Below are positions 30,549-40,296 of a DNA stretch of 64,000 nucleotides, piece after piece. The notes under the pieces were generated by a model. It was not told where the DNA came from and did no database searches. It was given only the letters and a program-made list of their open reading frames with translations. The DNA lies in NCBI GenBank assembly GCA_046348585.1, contig JAXMDZ010000005.1:60244-124243 (forward strand), given 5' to 3'. Every line of letters starts with the position of its first letter. Position 1 is the first letter of the stretch. This DNA is from Alphaproteobacteria bacterium. GTDB lineage: Bacteria > Pseudomonadota > Alphaproteobacteria > Micropepsales > Micropepsaceae. The position numbers were made by a program, and so were the translations under genes.

Positions 30549-31196
30549 ATGATCAAGAGACTGAGTATTGTCGCCGCTTTCGCAGGCGCAGCGGCCCTCG
30601 CCGCCCCCGCCTCGGCCGAAGCCTGGAGCGGCTTCTATGTGGGTCTGCACACCGGCTACACGTTCGGCGACGTGGACCAGCCCTATGGCGATATCGGCGG
30701 GCCGTTCATCTACACCGACCAGATCGCGCCCGATATCGATGCGTCGATCTATGGCGCGCAGCTCGGCTATAACTTCACGGCCGGCGAGCAGTGGGTGCTG
30801 GGCGTCGAGCTGCAGGGCAGCTGGGGCGGCCGCAAGGGCGACGACGAAGGCACCGGCGGCGACGTCAACGGCGTCGATATCCGCAGCGAATATTCGCTGC
30901 GCGCCCGCGCCGGCTATCTCGTCCTGCCCGATACGCTGCTCTATGCGACGGTCGGCTGGGTGACGATGGACGTCAACGCCACCGCGCCGAACGACGGCGC
31001 CGTGGGCGAGCCGGTCGACGGCTGGACCTGGGGCGTCGGCGGCGAGTGGTCGTTCACCGAGCGCTGGAGCACGGCGCTGGAGATCCGCCACGACGAGATG
31101 AACGAGACCCGTTTCTCGTTCCCCATCGACGGTTACGACGAGGGCCTGACGCCGAACACGACGACGGTGCGCCTCGCCTTCAACTGGCACCCGTAA
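30549..31196 (+). CDS. Outer membrane beta-barrel protein (Omp25/RopB-like)
   Basis: Signal peptide; WSGFYVGLHTGY, QLGYNF, WVLGVE, RARAGY, LLYATVG, GWTWGVGGEW. Confidence 0.85.
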   Translation: MIKRLSIVAAFAGAAALAAPASAEAWSGFYVGLHTGYTFGDVDQPYGDIGGPFIYTDQIAPDIDASIYGAQLGYNFTAGEQWVLGVELQGSWGGRKGDDEGTGGDVNGVDIRSEYSLRARAGYLVLPDTLLYATVGWVTMDVNATAPNDGAVGEPVDGWTWGVGGEWSFTERWSTALEIRHDEMNETRFSFPIDGYDEGLTPNTTTVRLAFNWHP

Positions 31197-31218
31197 GCGC
31201 GCCGTCACGGCACGAGCG

Positions 31219-31254
31219 AGGCCCGCGGAGCGATCCGCGGGCCTTTGCCGTTTT
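31219..31254 (+). terminator. Rho-independent terminator after the omp gene
   Basis: Perfect 11-bp stem aggcccgcgga-GCGA-tccgcgggcct followed by ttgccgtttt. Confidence 0.7.
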
Positions 31255-31275
31255 CGGGGGGCGGGTGTGGGGGCG

Positions 31276-31321
31276 GTGCGTCCTTCGAGACGGCCGCTTT
31301 GCGGCCTCCTCAGGATGAGGA
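31276..31321. repeat. REP-like intergenic repeat, copy 1
   Basis: gtgcgtccttcgagacggccgctt...cctcctcaggatgagga; second copy at 47080-47127. Confidence 0.85.
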
Positions 31322-31604
31322 CCGGCGGGGTGGTTGCTGGCGAAGGAAAATTTTGGCCGGCGCGAAACCTTTTGGGGCGGGCCGGCGAATATCCCTGTGC
31401 AGGCTGGACATGAGTACGGCCCGTCTGTCCGCCGACTGTCCCTGGTCCGGCGCAAGGCCCTTCCCTCCAATGGGGCCTCGACGGCCCCCTCCGCCTGCCT
31501 GACCCCAAGGCGCGGACGGGGGCCGCGATTGCGCCCCGCCCCGCCGCCCCTCATGCTGAGACCGCAATCGGACCGCGGGAACGCGCGGCCGCAGGGAGAG
31601 ACGC

Positions 31605-32642
31605 ATGAGCGAAGCCATTCTGGAACCCGATCTCGCCATCGTCGATCCGCACCACCATCTGTGGGACCGCCCGGCGGCGGTCATGGCCGCCCTGCCCCCG
31701 GTCCGGCACGGCTTCGAGCACGTCATCCGCAAGACGCCGCGCTATCTGCTGGACGAGCTGCTGGCCGACACCGGCAGCGGTCACCGCATCGCGGCGACGG
31801 TCTATGTCCAGTGCGGGGCGATGATGCGTCAGAGCGGGCCGGCGGCGATGAAGCCGGTGGGCGAGACGGAGTTCGTCAACGGCGTCGCGGCGATGGCGGC
31901 GAGCGGCATCTACGGGCCGACGCTCGCCTGCGCGGGCATCGTCGGGCACGCCGACCTGACGCTCGGCGACGAGGCCGCTTCCGTGCTGGAGGCGCATGTG
32001 GCGGCGGGCGGCGGGCGCTTTCGCGGCATCCGCCATATCGGCGCGTGGGACGCCGATCCCGCGGTGCTGGGTCCGCTCGGCCATGCGCCGCAGGGGCTCT
32101 ATGCCGATGCCGCGTTCCGGCGGGGCTTCGCGCATCTGGGGCGGATGGGGCTCAGCTTCGACGCCTGGGTGCTGGAGCCGCAGATCGGCGAGGTGACGGC
32201 GCTCGCCCGCGCCTTCCCGGCCACGCGCATCGTGCTGGATCATGTCGGAACGCCGCTGGGGATCGGGGCCTATGCCGGGCGGCGCGACGAGCGATTCGGC
32301 GTCTGGGCGGCGGCGATCCGCGAGCTGGCGGCGGAGCCTAACGTCTTTGTGAAGCTGGGCGGGCTCGCCATGGTGTTCCCCGGCTTCGAGAGCTACATGG
32401 CCGCGACGCCGCCCGGCTCGGCCGCGCTGGCGGCGGCCTGGCGGCCCTATATCGAGACCTGCATCGAGGCCTTCGGCCCGGCCCGCGCGATGTTCGAGAG
32501 CAATTTCCCGGTGGATTTCGGCACCTGCTCGTATGCCGTGCTGTGGAATGCCTTCAAGCGGATCACCGCCGGGGCCTCGGCGGACGAGAAGGCGGCGCTC
32601 TATGCCGGGGCGGCGCGCGACTTCTATCGCCTGCCGGACTGA
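31605..32642 (+). CDS. Amidohydrolase_2 family protein
   Basis: IVDPHHHLWD, FRGIRH, LSFDAW, IVLDHVG, NVFVKLGG, MFESNFPVD. Confidence 0.88.
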   Translation: MSEAILEPDLAIVDPHHHLWDRPAAVMAALPPVRHGFEHVIRKTPRYLLDELLADTGSGHRIAATVYVQCGAMMRQSGPAAMKPVGETEFVNGVAAMAASGIYGPTLACAGIVGHADLTLGDEAASVLEAHVAAGGGRFRGIRHIGAWDADPAVLGPLGHAPQGLYADAAFRRGFAHLGRMGLSFDAWVLEPQIGEVTALARAFPATRIVLDHVGTPLGIGAYAGRRDERFGVWAAAIRELAAEPNVFVKLGGLAMVFPGFESYMAATPPGSAALAAAWRPYIETCIEAFGPARAMFESNFPVDFGTCSYAVLWNAFKRITAGASADEKAALYAGAARDFYRLPD

Positions 32643-32727
32643 GGGGCGTTCCCCGCAGGGTGTGAGCGGGGTCTCTTGGCCCCGCGCGCGCGGCTCGTGC
32701 TAAACTGCGCCGCAATTCGGGCGGCAC

Positions 32728-34977
32728 ATGACGGACACAACCGGCGAGACGCGGCGGCTGGCGACGATCCTGGCGATCGACATCGCCGGGTTCAGCCGGC
32801 AGAGCGAGCGCGACGAGATCGCCGCGGCCGCCCATGTGCGCGCCCTGCGCCGCCACTGCGGCGAGGCGGCGGCGAATTGCCGGGGGCGCATCTTCAACAC
32901 CGCCGGCGACGGCGTAATGATGGAGTTCCCGACCGTCGCGGACGGGATCGCGGCGGCGCTCGACATCGCCGATGCGGTGCGCGGCGAAACCGGGATGCCG
33001 CCGGTGCGCATGGGCCTGCATCTCGGCGACGTGACGGTGCTGGCGAACGGCGACCTGATCGGCGCGGGCGTCAACGTCGCGGCCCGCGTGCAGCAGCGCG
33101 CCCAGCCCGGCGAGATCCTGACCACCGGCGACGTGCGCAACCTGTTCGCCACCCAGGCCGCCGCGCAGTTCACCGCCTATGGCAGCGCGCAGCTCGACAA
33201 GATGAACCGGCAGGTCGATCTCTATGCGCTGGGACGGCCGGGCGAGAAGATTCCCAAGACCGCCTGGGGCCGGGTGCGCGCGATGCGTCCGCTGGCCCGC
33301 ACCCTCGCGCTGGCGGTGGTCGGTCTCCTGACCGGGGTCGGCCTCCACTATCTCGTCCGTCAGCCGGACGTCGCGCCGCCGCCGTCCGTCGCCGCCGAGG
33401 TCCAGCCGGCGGGGCCGGTGATCGCCGTGCTGCCGCTGGAGAATCTGAGCGGCGACAAGGCGTTCGACTATTTCTCCGACGGCCTCACCGAAGAGATCCA
33501 GACGACGCTGGCGAAGATCCCGGGCCTCAGGGTCATCGCCCGCGCCTCGTCGTTCTCGCTCGGCCACGAGCATACCGATACGCGCGAGGCGGCGCGGATG
33601 CTGGGCGCGAGCCATGTGCTGACCGGCGCGGTCCGGCGCAACGGCGATGCGATGCGCATCTCGGCCCAGCTCCTGTCGGGGCGGAGCGGCGAGATCCTGT
33701 GGAGCGAGACTTTCGAACGGCCGGTCTCGGAGACGCTGGCGGTGCAGGACGAGATCGCCTCGCGGGTGGCGCGGGCGCTGCGCATCGTGGTGCCGGAGTC
33801 GGCGAAGGCGGAGGCCATCGACCCGCGCGCCTTCGAACTCTATCTGCGCGGCCGCGACAGCTGGCGCTCGGGCGGCTCGCCCGACAACCGCTCGCCCGAG
33901 GCGGCGATCGCCGATCTGGAGGAGGCGGTGCGGCTCGCCCCCGGGTTCGCGCGGGCCTGGGCGGCGCTCGCCAGCGCCTATGCCCAGCGCCAGAACTGGC
34001 TGACCGGGACGGAGCAGGACCAGATGATCGCCAAGGCGATCTCGGCCGCCTCGCGGGCGCTGGAACTCGATCCGGCGATCGGCGAGGCCTATGTCGTGCT
34101 CGGCCGCTTCGAGCCGTCGCCCGACTGGGCGGCGCGCGGCATGTTGTTCGACAAGGCGGTCGCCGCCAGCCCGAACGACGACGAGGTGCTGATGCTCCAT
34201 GCGCTGTTCTGGCTGGAGGAGACCGGCCGGATGGGCGAGGCGCGGCGGGTGCTGGAGCGCGCCTATCAGGGCGACAAGATGTCGGAGCTGCTGACCAACA
34301 ACTACATCGAGGCGCTGGCGGCGACGGGCGACGCCGCGGGCATCGAAAAGGTCATCAAGGAACGCGCCGCCTCGTGGCCCGAAGTCCGCTCGTTCTGGGC
34401 GACGATCGTGTCGCTGAAACTGCAGGCGGGCGACATGGAGGGCGCGCGGCGGGCGTTGAAGGAGGCGGACGCCTTCTTCGCCGAGACCGCCGCCGCCAAT
34501 CCCGACAAGGACCTCTCGCGCCTTCGGCAGATGCTCGCCGACCTGGTGCGGGCGGTCGAGAGCAAGGATACGGGGCTGAAGAACCTGGTCGCCGATTTCT
34601 TCCGCGAGATGCAGACGACCGGACAGGCCGGGGCTGAGCAGGCGATCGGCGCGCTTTCGCTGATGGGCTTCGACGACGAAGCGATGGCGCTGGCCGAGGA
34701 ACTCTATGCCCGTCGCGGCTTCCAGGACGGCAAGGGCACGCCGTTCGCCGTGCCGACCCGCTATCCCTATGGCCGGGCGAGCGTCGCGGCGCTGCTGACC
34801 ACGGGCGCGGCGGCGCTGCAACGCGACCCGCGCATCTGGCGCATCTTCGCCGCCATCGGGCTCGCCAAATACTGGCAGGATACCGGCCGCTGGCCGGATT
34901 TCTGCGCCGACCCGCTGCTCGGCTACGATTGCGCGGTCGAGGCGGAAAGCGCGCTGACGGCGCTGAAGGTCAATTAG
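32728..34977 (+). CDS. Class III adenylate/guanylate cyclase domain + TM + TolB-N-like + TPR protein
   Basis: RRLATILAIDIAGFS, TAGDG, RMGLHLGDV, GVNVAARV; IAVLPLENLSGD...YFSDGLTEE; TPR-like helices. Confidence 0.85.
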   Translation: MTDTTGETRRLATILAIDIAGFSRQSERDEIAAAAHVRALRRHCGEAAANCRGRIFNTAGDGVMMEFPTVADGIAAALDIADAVRGETGMPPVRMGLHLGDVTVLANGDLIGAGVNVAARVQQRAQPGEILTTGDVRNLFATQAAAQFTAYGSAQLDKMNRQVDLYALGRPGEKIPKTAWGRVRAMRPLARTLALAVVGLLTGVGLHYLVRQPDVAPPPSVAAEVQPAGPVIAVLPLENLSGDKAFDYFSDGLTEEIQTTLAKIPGLRVIARASSFSLGHEHTDTREAARMLGASHVLTGAVRRNGDAMRISAQLLSGRSGEILWSETFERPVSETLAVQDEIASRVARALRIVVPESAKAEAIDPRAFELYLRGRDSWRSGGSPDNRSPEAAIADLEEAVRLAPGFARAWAALASAYAQRQNWLTGTEQDQMIAKAISAASRALELDPAIGEAYVVLGRFEPSPDWAARGMLFDKAVAASPNDDEVLMLHALFWLEETGRMGEARRVLERAYQGDKMSELLTNNYIEALAATGDAAGIEKVIKERAASWPEVRSFWATIVSLKLQAGDMEGARRALKEADAFFAETAAANPDKDLSRLRQMLADLVRAVESKDTGLKNLVADFFREMQTTGQAGAEQAIGALSLMGFDDEAMALAEELYARRGFQDGKGTPFAVPTRYPYGRASVAALLTTGAAALQRDPRIWRIFAAIGLAKYWQDTGRWPDFCADPLLGYDCAVEAESALTALKVN

Positions 34978-35027
34978 CGCCGCAGCGCGGCGCGCGATCG
35001 CGTTCCGCCAGCCGATGGAAGGCAGAG

Positions 35028-35672
35028 ATGAGCGCAGTGACCATCTGGACGCTGGACTGGGTTCCGGAGCGCCCGCGCGGTTTCGTGCGCGATCTGAGAC
35101 TGCGCTGGGCCTGCGAGGAGACCGGCCGCGCCTATGCCGTCAGGACCGTCCGCTTCGACGACCGCGCGACCAATCACCTCGACCGCCAGCCCTTCGGCCA
35201 GGTGCCCTTCCTGGACGACGGCGAGGTGAAGCTCTTCGAGAGCGGCGCCGGGCTGCTCCGTCTGGCGCGGACCGGCGACGCGCTGATGCCGGCCGATGCG
35301 GCCGGCGCGGCGGAGACGACGCAATGGACGATCGCCGCGCTCAACTCCATCGAGATGGTCACCGTGCCCTGGTGGTTCCTGACGGTTTCGGGGAGGCCGG
35401 ACGCCGGGATGACCGGATGGATGAAAGCGCGTCTCGACGGGATCGAGGCCATACTTGAGAAACGCGACTGGCTGGCCGCGAACCGCTTCACCGTCGCGGA
35501 CCTGCTGATGGCGGATGTGTTGCGGGTTCCCGAGGTCCGCGCCTTCGGCGACCGCCCGGCGTCGGAGGCCTATGTCGCCCGCGTGACGGAACGCCCCGCG
35601 TTCAGGAAGGCCTATGCCGACCAGATCGCGTTCTACAAGGCCGCGGACGAAGCGAGAGCCGGGCAAGGATAG
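35028..35672 (+). CDS. Glutathione S-transferase family protein
   Basis: RGFVRDLRLRWACEE, QPFGQVP, LFESGA, FTVADLLMADVLR. Confidence 0.9.
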   Translation: MSAVTIWTLDWVPERPRGFVRDLRLRWACEETGRAYAVRTVRFDDRATNHLDRQPFGQVPFLDDGEVKLFESGAGLLRLARTGDALMPADAAGAAETTQWTIAALNSIEMVTVPWWFLTVSGRPDAGMTGWMKARLDGIEAILEKRDWLAANRFTVADLLMADVLRVPEVRAFGDRPASEAYVARVTERPAFRKAYADQIAFYKAADEARAGQG

Positions 35673-35710
35673 GCCCCGCCCTCGCAGGCCATGACAGCCA
35701 GGGAAGCGCC

Positions 35711-36205
35711 CTAGCCCCGGCCGCGATAGGGCGGGACGCCCTGCTCCGGCACCCAGAGGCCGGCGGGGAGCCTGCCGGTCTGCCAGAAGACGTCGATGGG
35801 GATGCCGCCGCGCGGGTACCAGTAGCCGCCGATGCGCAGCCATTTCGGCTTGATCGCGGCGGCGATGCGCTGGCCGATCGAGACCGTGCAATCCTCGTGG
35901 AAGGCGCCGTGGTTGCGGAAGCTGCCCAGGAACAGCTTGAGCGCCTTGCTCTCGACGATCAGCTTGCCGGGCGCGTAGTCGATGACGAGGTGCGCGAAGT
36001 CCGGCTGACCGGTGATCGGGCAGAGGCTGGTGAATTCCGGCGCGGTGAAGCGGATGAGATAGTCCGTGCCCGGATGAGGATTGGGCACCGCGTCGATCAG
36101 CGCCTCGTCCGGCGAGGCGGGCAGCGGCGTCGCGACGCCCAGCAGCGCCGGGCGCTTGGCCGGTTTACGCGCCGGCTTGCGCGCCGGGTTCCTGGCCTCT
36201 GCCAT
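35711..36205 (-). CDS. queF: PreQ0 (7-cyano-7-deazaguanine) reductase, type I
   Basis: [40 protein letters not shown]. Confidence 0.95.
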   Translation of the reverse strand: MAEARNPARKPARKPAKRPALLGVATPLPASPDEALIDAVPNPHPGTDYLIRFTAPEFTSLCPITGQPDFAHLVIDYAPGKLIVESKALKLFLGSFRNHGAFHEDCTVSIGQRIAAAIKPKWLRIGGYWYPRGGIPIDVFWQTGRLPAGLWVPEQGVPPYRGRG

Positions 36206-36221
36206 CGGGCGGTCCTCCCCT

Positions 36222-36584
36222 TCAGGCGCTGCGATAGGTGCAGCTCTGGCCCAGCGACGGGCGGCGGATCGTCACCGCGACGATCTCGGGCAGTGTGGGC
36301 TTCAGCCGCGCGAAAATCCACACGGTGAGCGATTCCATGGTCGGCTTTTCGAGGCCCGGGATGTCGTTCAGCAGGCGGTGGTCCAACGCCTCGCGGACTT
36401 CGCGCAGCGCCGCCTCGACGTCGTCGAGATTGCGGATCATGCCGTGGACCGGATCGGGCGCGCCGGCGAGCGTCACCTCGGCCATGAAGCTGTGGCCGTG
36501 CAGGCGCGCATTGGGGTGTCCGGCCGGGGCGTTCGGCTGGAAATGCGCGGCCTCGAAGGCGAAGGATTTGGTGATCTCAAGCAT
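36222..36584 (-). CDS. queD: 6-carboxy-5,6,7,8-tetrahydropterin synthase
   Basis: [22 protein letters not shown]; operon context. Confidence 0.88.
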   Translation of the reverse strand: MLEITKSFAFEAAHFQPNAPAGHPNARLHGHSFMAEVTLAGAPDPVHGMIRNLDDVEAALREVREALDHRLLNDIPGLEKPTMESLTVWIFARLKPTLPEIVAVTIRRPSLGQSCTYRSA

Positions 36585-36594
36585 GGGAGGCGGG

Positions 36595-36623
36595 CGTATA
36601 GCCGCCCCGGCCGGGGATTTCAA
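36595..36623 (-). promoter_or_regulatory. Sigma70-like promoter directly upstream of queD
   Basis: Minus strand TTGAAA-N17-TATACG, with the -10 only 10 nt before the ATG. Confidence 0.55.
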
Positions 36624-36638
36624 ACCGGGCGACGGCCG

Positions 36639-36944
36639 TCAGACCCTGCCGGCCGGCGCGAAGGTCAGCCGCACGCCGAGCGCCGCCGCGATCTTCATAA
36701 TCGTTTCAAGGCTCGGGTTGGTTTCGCCCGACAGCGCCCGGTGCAGGCCAGCGCGCGTCATGCCGGTCTGGCGGGCGAGCTGGCTGTGATTGCGGGCGCG
36801 CGCCACATCGCCGAGCGCCCGCGCCAGGTGCGCGGTATCGCCGCCCTCGGCGGCGGCCGTCAGATACTCCGCGATGGCCGCCTCGCTGGTCAGATAGTCG
36901 GCGGGGTCGAAGGGTGTCAGCCCCTTGGGCAGCTTTCCGGTCAT
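36639..36944 (-). CDS. Addiction module antitoxin, HI1420-like Xre-HTH
   Basis: FDPADYL...IAEYL...ALGDVARARNHSQLARQTGMTRAGLHRALSGETNPSLETIMKI. Confidence 0.9.
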   Translation of the reverse strand: MTGKLPKGLTPFDPADYLTSEAAIAEYLTAAAEGGDTAHLARALGDVARARNHSQLARQTGMTRAGLHRALSGETNPSLETIMKIAAALGVRLTFAPAGRV

Positions 36945-37234
36945 TCCAGTCCCTTCGCAATCGCCTTCGCCGCCTTTATGTCCTTCGCCTGCGTGCTCTT
37001 GTCGCCGCCGCACAGCAGGATCGCCAGCACGCGGCCGCGCAGCGTGTAGTAGACCCGGTAGCCGGGTCCGTAGGCGAGGCGCAGTTCCAGAACGCCCTCC
37101 CCGACCGCCTTGGCGTCGCCCGGATTGCCCTGCGCCAGACGCTGAATCCGATCGGCGATCCGCGCCCGCGCGCGGTCGTCCCGCAGATCGCGCATCCAGG
37201 CATCGAATTGCGGCGTCTTGGCGATCCGGATCAT
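36941..37234 (-). CDS. Addiction module toxin, RelE/ParE superfamily (HI1419-like)
   Basis: FDAW...ARARIADRIQRLAQGNPGD...GVLELRLAYGPGYRVYY...LLCGGDKSTQAKDI; ATGA overlap with the antitoxin. Confidence 0.92.
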   Translation of the reverse strand: MIRIAKTPQFDAWMRDLRDDRARARIADRIQRLAQGNPGDAKAVGEGVLELRLAYGPGYRVYYTLRGRVLAILLCGGDKSTQAKDIKAAKAIAKGLE

Positions 37235-37235
37235 A

Positions 37236-37274
37236 TGTATACTATAGTATACACTTGGCGCGTTCCGTAGGCAA
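37236..37274 (-). promoter_or_regulatory. TA promoter with overlapping palindromic operator
   Basis: Minus strand TTGCCT-N17-TATACT; perfect 18-bp palindrome TGTATACTATAGTATACA (37236-37253) covers the -10 and ends 1 nt before the ATG. Confidence 0.8.
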
Positions 37275-37291
37275 TCCCAGCCCAGGCCGCC

Positions 37292-37927
37292 TTAGGGAAT
37301 GCCCGCGACCTTGTGGGTCTGGAGGCCGAGGCGCCATTGCGGGTGCGCCATGCAGTAGCGGGCGGCGGCGGCGGTGTTGGCGTCGCGCGCCGGGCCGTCC
37401 ATCGGCTGAAGGAAGAAATGGCGGAAGGCGAGGCCCGCGAAGCGTTCGGGCGGGGCGTCGGATTGCGGATAGACGAGCTTCAGCTCGTCGCCCGTGCGCT
37501 GCGCCAGCTCGGCCCCGGCCTTGGGCGAGACGCAGATCCAGTCGAGGCCGGGCGGCGCGGCGAGCGTGCCGTTGGTCTCCACCGCGATCTCGAAGCCGCG
37601 GGCGTGCAGCGCCTCGATCAGCGGCGCGTCCAGTTGCAGCAGCGGCTCGCCGCCGGTGCAGACGACATAGGGGGTGCCCCCCTGCCCCGCCGGCCAGCGC
37701 GCGGCGATGGCCTCGGCGAGCGCCTCCGCGCCCCCGAACTTGCCGCCGCCCTCGCCGTCCGTGCCGACGAAATCCGTGTCGCAGAAGGTGCAGACGGCGC
37801 TCGCCCGGTCGCGCTCCAGCCCGCTCCACAGATTGCAGCCGGCGAAGCGGCAGAAGACGGCGGCGCGGCCGGACTGAGCGCCCTCGCCCTGGAGCGTGTA
37901 GAATATCTCCTTGACCGCGTAGGTCAT
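37292..37927 (-). CDS. queE: 7-carboxy-7-deazaguanine synthase (radical SAM)
   Basis: [16 protein letters not shown]14CX2[20 protein letters not shown]. Confidence 0.94.
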   Translation of the reverse strand: MTYAVKEIFYTLQGEGAQSGRAAVFCRFAGCNLWSGLERDRASAVCTFCDTDFVGTDGEGGGKFGGAEALAEAIAARWPAGQGGTPYVVCTGGEPLLQLDAPLIEALHARGFEIAVETNGTLAAPPGLDWICVSPKAGAELAQRTGDELKLVYPQSDAPPERFAGLAFRHFFLQPMDGPARDANTAAAARYCMAHPQWRLGLQTHKVAGIP

Positions 37928-38619
37928 CGCGCCGCCCGGAACTTCGCCCAGCCTGCCGCTCGCAACTCGCAGGCCGGGCACGCGCCGCAGCCATAGCCCC
38001 AGTCGTGGCGCGTCTCGCGGTCGCCGACATAGCAGGTGTGGGTTTCCTCGACGATCAGGTCGAGCAGGTCCGCGCCGCCCAGCCGTTCGGCGAGCGCGAA
38101 GGTTTGCGCCTTGTCGATCCACATCAGCGGCGTCTCGATCACGAAGCGCCGCTCCATGCCGAGATTGAGGCTGACCTGGAGGCTTTTCAGCGTGTCGTCG
38201 CGGCAGTCGGGATAGCCCGAATAGTCGGTCTCGCACATGCCGCCGACCAGATGCTTCAGCCCCCGGCGATAGGCGAGCGCGGCGGCGGCGGTGAAGAAAA
38301 GGAGATTGCGTCCCGGCACGAAGGTGGTCGGCAGTCCGTTCGCGCCCATCTCGATGGCCGTGCCGTCGGTGAGCGCCGTGCCGCCGATCTCCGCCAGCAG
38401 GCCGAGGTCGAGCATATGGTCGGGGCCGAGGCGCGCGCCCCAGGCCGGGAAGTCGCGCCTCAGCCGGGCGAGCACGCGCGGCCGCACGTCCAGCTCGACC
38501 TTGTGGCGCTGGCCGTAGGCGAAGCCGACGGTCTCGACCGTCTCGTAACGGTCGAGCGCCCAGGCGAGGCAGGTCGCCGAATCCTGCCCGCCGGAAAAGA
38601 GAACCAGTGCGCCGCTCAT
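37924..38619 (-). CDS. queC: 7-cyano-7-deazaguanine synthase
   Basis: [31 protein letters not shown]...[10 protein letters not shown]. Confidence 0.95.
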   Translation of the reverse strand: MSGALVLFSGGQDSATCLAWALDRYETVETVGFAYGQRHKVELDVRPRVLARLRRDFPAWGARLGPDHMLDLGLLAEIGGTALTDGTAIEMGANGLPTTFVPGRNLLFFTAAAALAYRRGLKHLVGGMCETDYSGYPDCRDDTLKSLQVSLNLGMERRFVIETPLMWIDKAQTFALAERLGGADLLDLIVEETHTCYVGDRETRHDWGYGCGACPACELRAAGWAKFRAAR

Positions 38620-38743
38620 GGCCTCCTTTACCTCATGCCGCACTGCGGCGGAACACGCGCTTTCCGGCGGTTTTGGATTGGCGTAAACGAGTTTCAGACG
38701 CGGCCCCCGCCGCCCGCCACAGAACAGACAAGGACGCCCCAGC

Positions 38744-39871
38744 GTGACCACCAGCGTCGCCATTACCGGCACCGGGCTCTACACCCCGCCCAATGCGATC
38801 TCGAACGAGGAACTCGTCGCCGCTTTCAACAGCTTCGTGCGCCGCCACAACGAGGCCCACAGCGCCGAGATCGCCGCCGGGACCATGCCGGCGCTGACCG
38901 AATCCAGCGTCGAGTTCATCGTCAAGGCGAGCGGCATCAAGAGCCGCTACGTCATCGACAAGGCGGGCGTGCTGGACCCCGACACGATGACGCCGCGCAT
39001 CCCCGAGCGCCCCAACGACGAGATCTCGGTGCTGGCCGAAATCGGCGTCGCGGCCGCCAAGCAGGCGATGGCCCAGGCCGGGCGCGGCCCAGGAGACATC
39101 GACGGCGTGATCTGCGCCGCCTCGAACATGCAGCGCGCCTATCCGGCGATGGCGATCGAAATCCAGTTCGCGCTGGGCATCGAGGGCTACGGCTTCGACA
39201 TGAACGTCGCCTGCTCGTCGGCGACCTTCGGCATCCAGGCGGCGGCCGACATGATCCGCGCCGGGCACGCCCGGTCCATTCTGGTGGTGAACCCCGAAAT
39301 CTGTTCCGGCCATCTCAATTTCCGCGACCGCGACAGCCATTTCATCTTCGGCGACGTGGCGACGGCGATCCTCCTGGAAGCCTCAGACAAGGCGGCCTCG
39401 CCGCATGCCTTCGAGATCGTCGACACCAAGCTGAAGACCCAGTTCTCGAACAATATCCGCAACAATTTCGGCTTCCTGAACCGCTGCGCGCCCGAAGGCA
39501 TCGGCAAGACCGACAAGCTGTTCGTTCAGGAAGGGCGCAAGGTTTTCAAGGAGGTCGTGCCGATGGTGTCGGACATGATCCTCGCCCATGCCGCCGAACG
39601 CGGCATCGAACCGAAGGCGCTGAAGCGGCTGTGGCTGCACCAGGCCAACATCAACATGAACGACTTCATCGCCCGCCGGGTGCTGGGCCGCGACCCGCTG
39701 CCCGGCGAAAGCCCGGTGATCCTCGACGAATACGCGAACACCAGCTCCGCCGGCTCGATCATCGCCTTCCACAAATACCAGGACGATCTGAAGGCCGGCG
39801 ATCTCGGCCTCATCTGCTCGTTCGGGGCAGGCTATTCGGCCGGCACGGTGATCGTGCGCAAGATGGCGTGA
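38744..39871 (+). CDS. fabH: Beta-ketoacyl-ACP synthase III (long FabH-like type)
   Basis: [10 protein letters not shown] (Cys), WLHQAN (His), YANTSSA (Asn), SFGAGY. Confidence 0.88.
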   Translation: MTTSVAITGTGLYTPPNAISNEELVAAFNSFVRRHNEAHSAEIAAGTMPALTESSVEFIVKASGIKSRYVIDKAGVLDPDTMTPRIPERPNDEISVLAEIGVAAAKQAMAQAGRGPGDIDGVICAASNMQRAYPAMAIEIQFALGIEGYGFDMNVACSSATFGIQAAADMIRAGHARSILVVNPEICSGHLNFRDRDSHFIFGDVATAILLEASDKAASPHAFEIVDTKLKTQFSNNIRNNFGFLNRCAPEGIGKTDKLFVQEGRKVFKEVVPMVSDMILAHAAERGIEPKALKRLWLHQANINMNDFIARRVLGRDPLPGESPVILDEYANTSSAGSIIAFHKYQDDLKAGDLGLICSFGAGYSAGTVIVRKMA

Positions 39872-39878
39872 GGGCCGC

Positions 39879-40241
39879 CTAGACCTCGCCGACGCTGACC
39901 ACCTTGAAGGTCATCAGCTTGCCGTTGTGCTCGGTGACCGAGACGTATTCGCCGGCCTTGAGCAGATGGCTGTCGAGCTTGAAGACCGGCTCGTCGTCGC
40001 TCTGCCCGGCCTTGTAGTCGAAGAACCAGCCGGTGGGGCCGTGCTTGAGCAGGCCGCGCTCCTGAAAGCCGTTGGCGAAGTGGCGCACCGTGCAGGCGGC
40101 CGGGGCCGCCGCCCAGGCGGTCTGGTCGAGATGGCCGTCCGCGGTCAGCGGCGCGACGATGTCGTAGCCGATGGCCGGCGAGCCGTCCGGGTGCTGGGGA
40201 TCGCGCGCCAGTTCGAGGTGGATGCGTTTCAGGCCGGACAT
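39879..40241 (-). CDS. Conserved hypothetical protein
   Basis: RIHLELAR...GS...GYDIVAPL.ADGHLD...GEYVSV...TFKVVSV pattern recalled from alphaproteobacterial hypotheticals; GGAGAG RBS. Confidence 0.75.
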   Translation of the reverse strand: MSGLKRIHLELARDPQHPDGSPAIGYDIVAPLTADGHLDQTAWAAAPAACTVRHFANGFQERGLLKHGPTGWFFDYKAGQSDDEPVFKLDSHLLKAGEYVSVTEHNGKLMTFKVVSVGEV

Positions 40242-40296
40242 GGAACTCTCCAGAAAGCGACTTGGGTCAGCTGGGGCCTAGTCCTGCCCGAACTCA

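Noticed and set aside
31550-31604. gctgaga motif as a TPP riboswitch
   Set aside because: The downstream conserved ACCTGAT/GGGA pairing elements are missing
35711-38619. que genes as a 7-deazaguanine DNA-modification (dpd) or QatABCD defence system
   Set aside because: QueC/E/D/F look like ordinary housekeeping enzymes, GC is host-like, and no dpdA/TGT-like, ATPase or TatD partners are present
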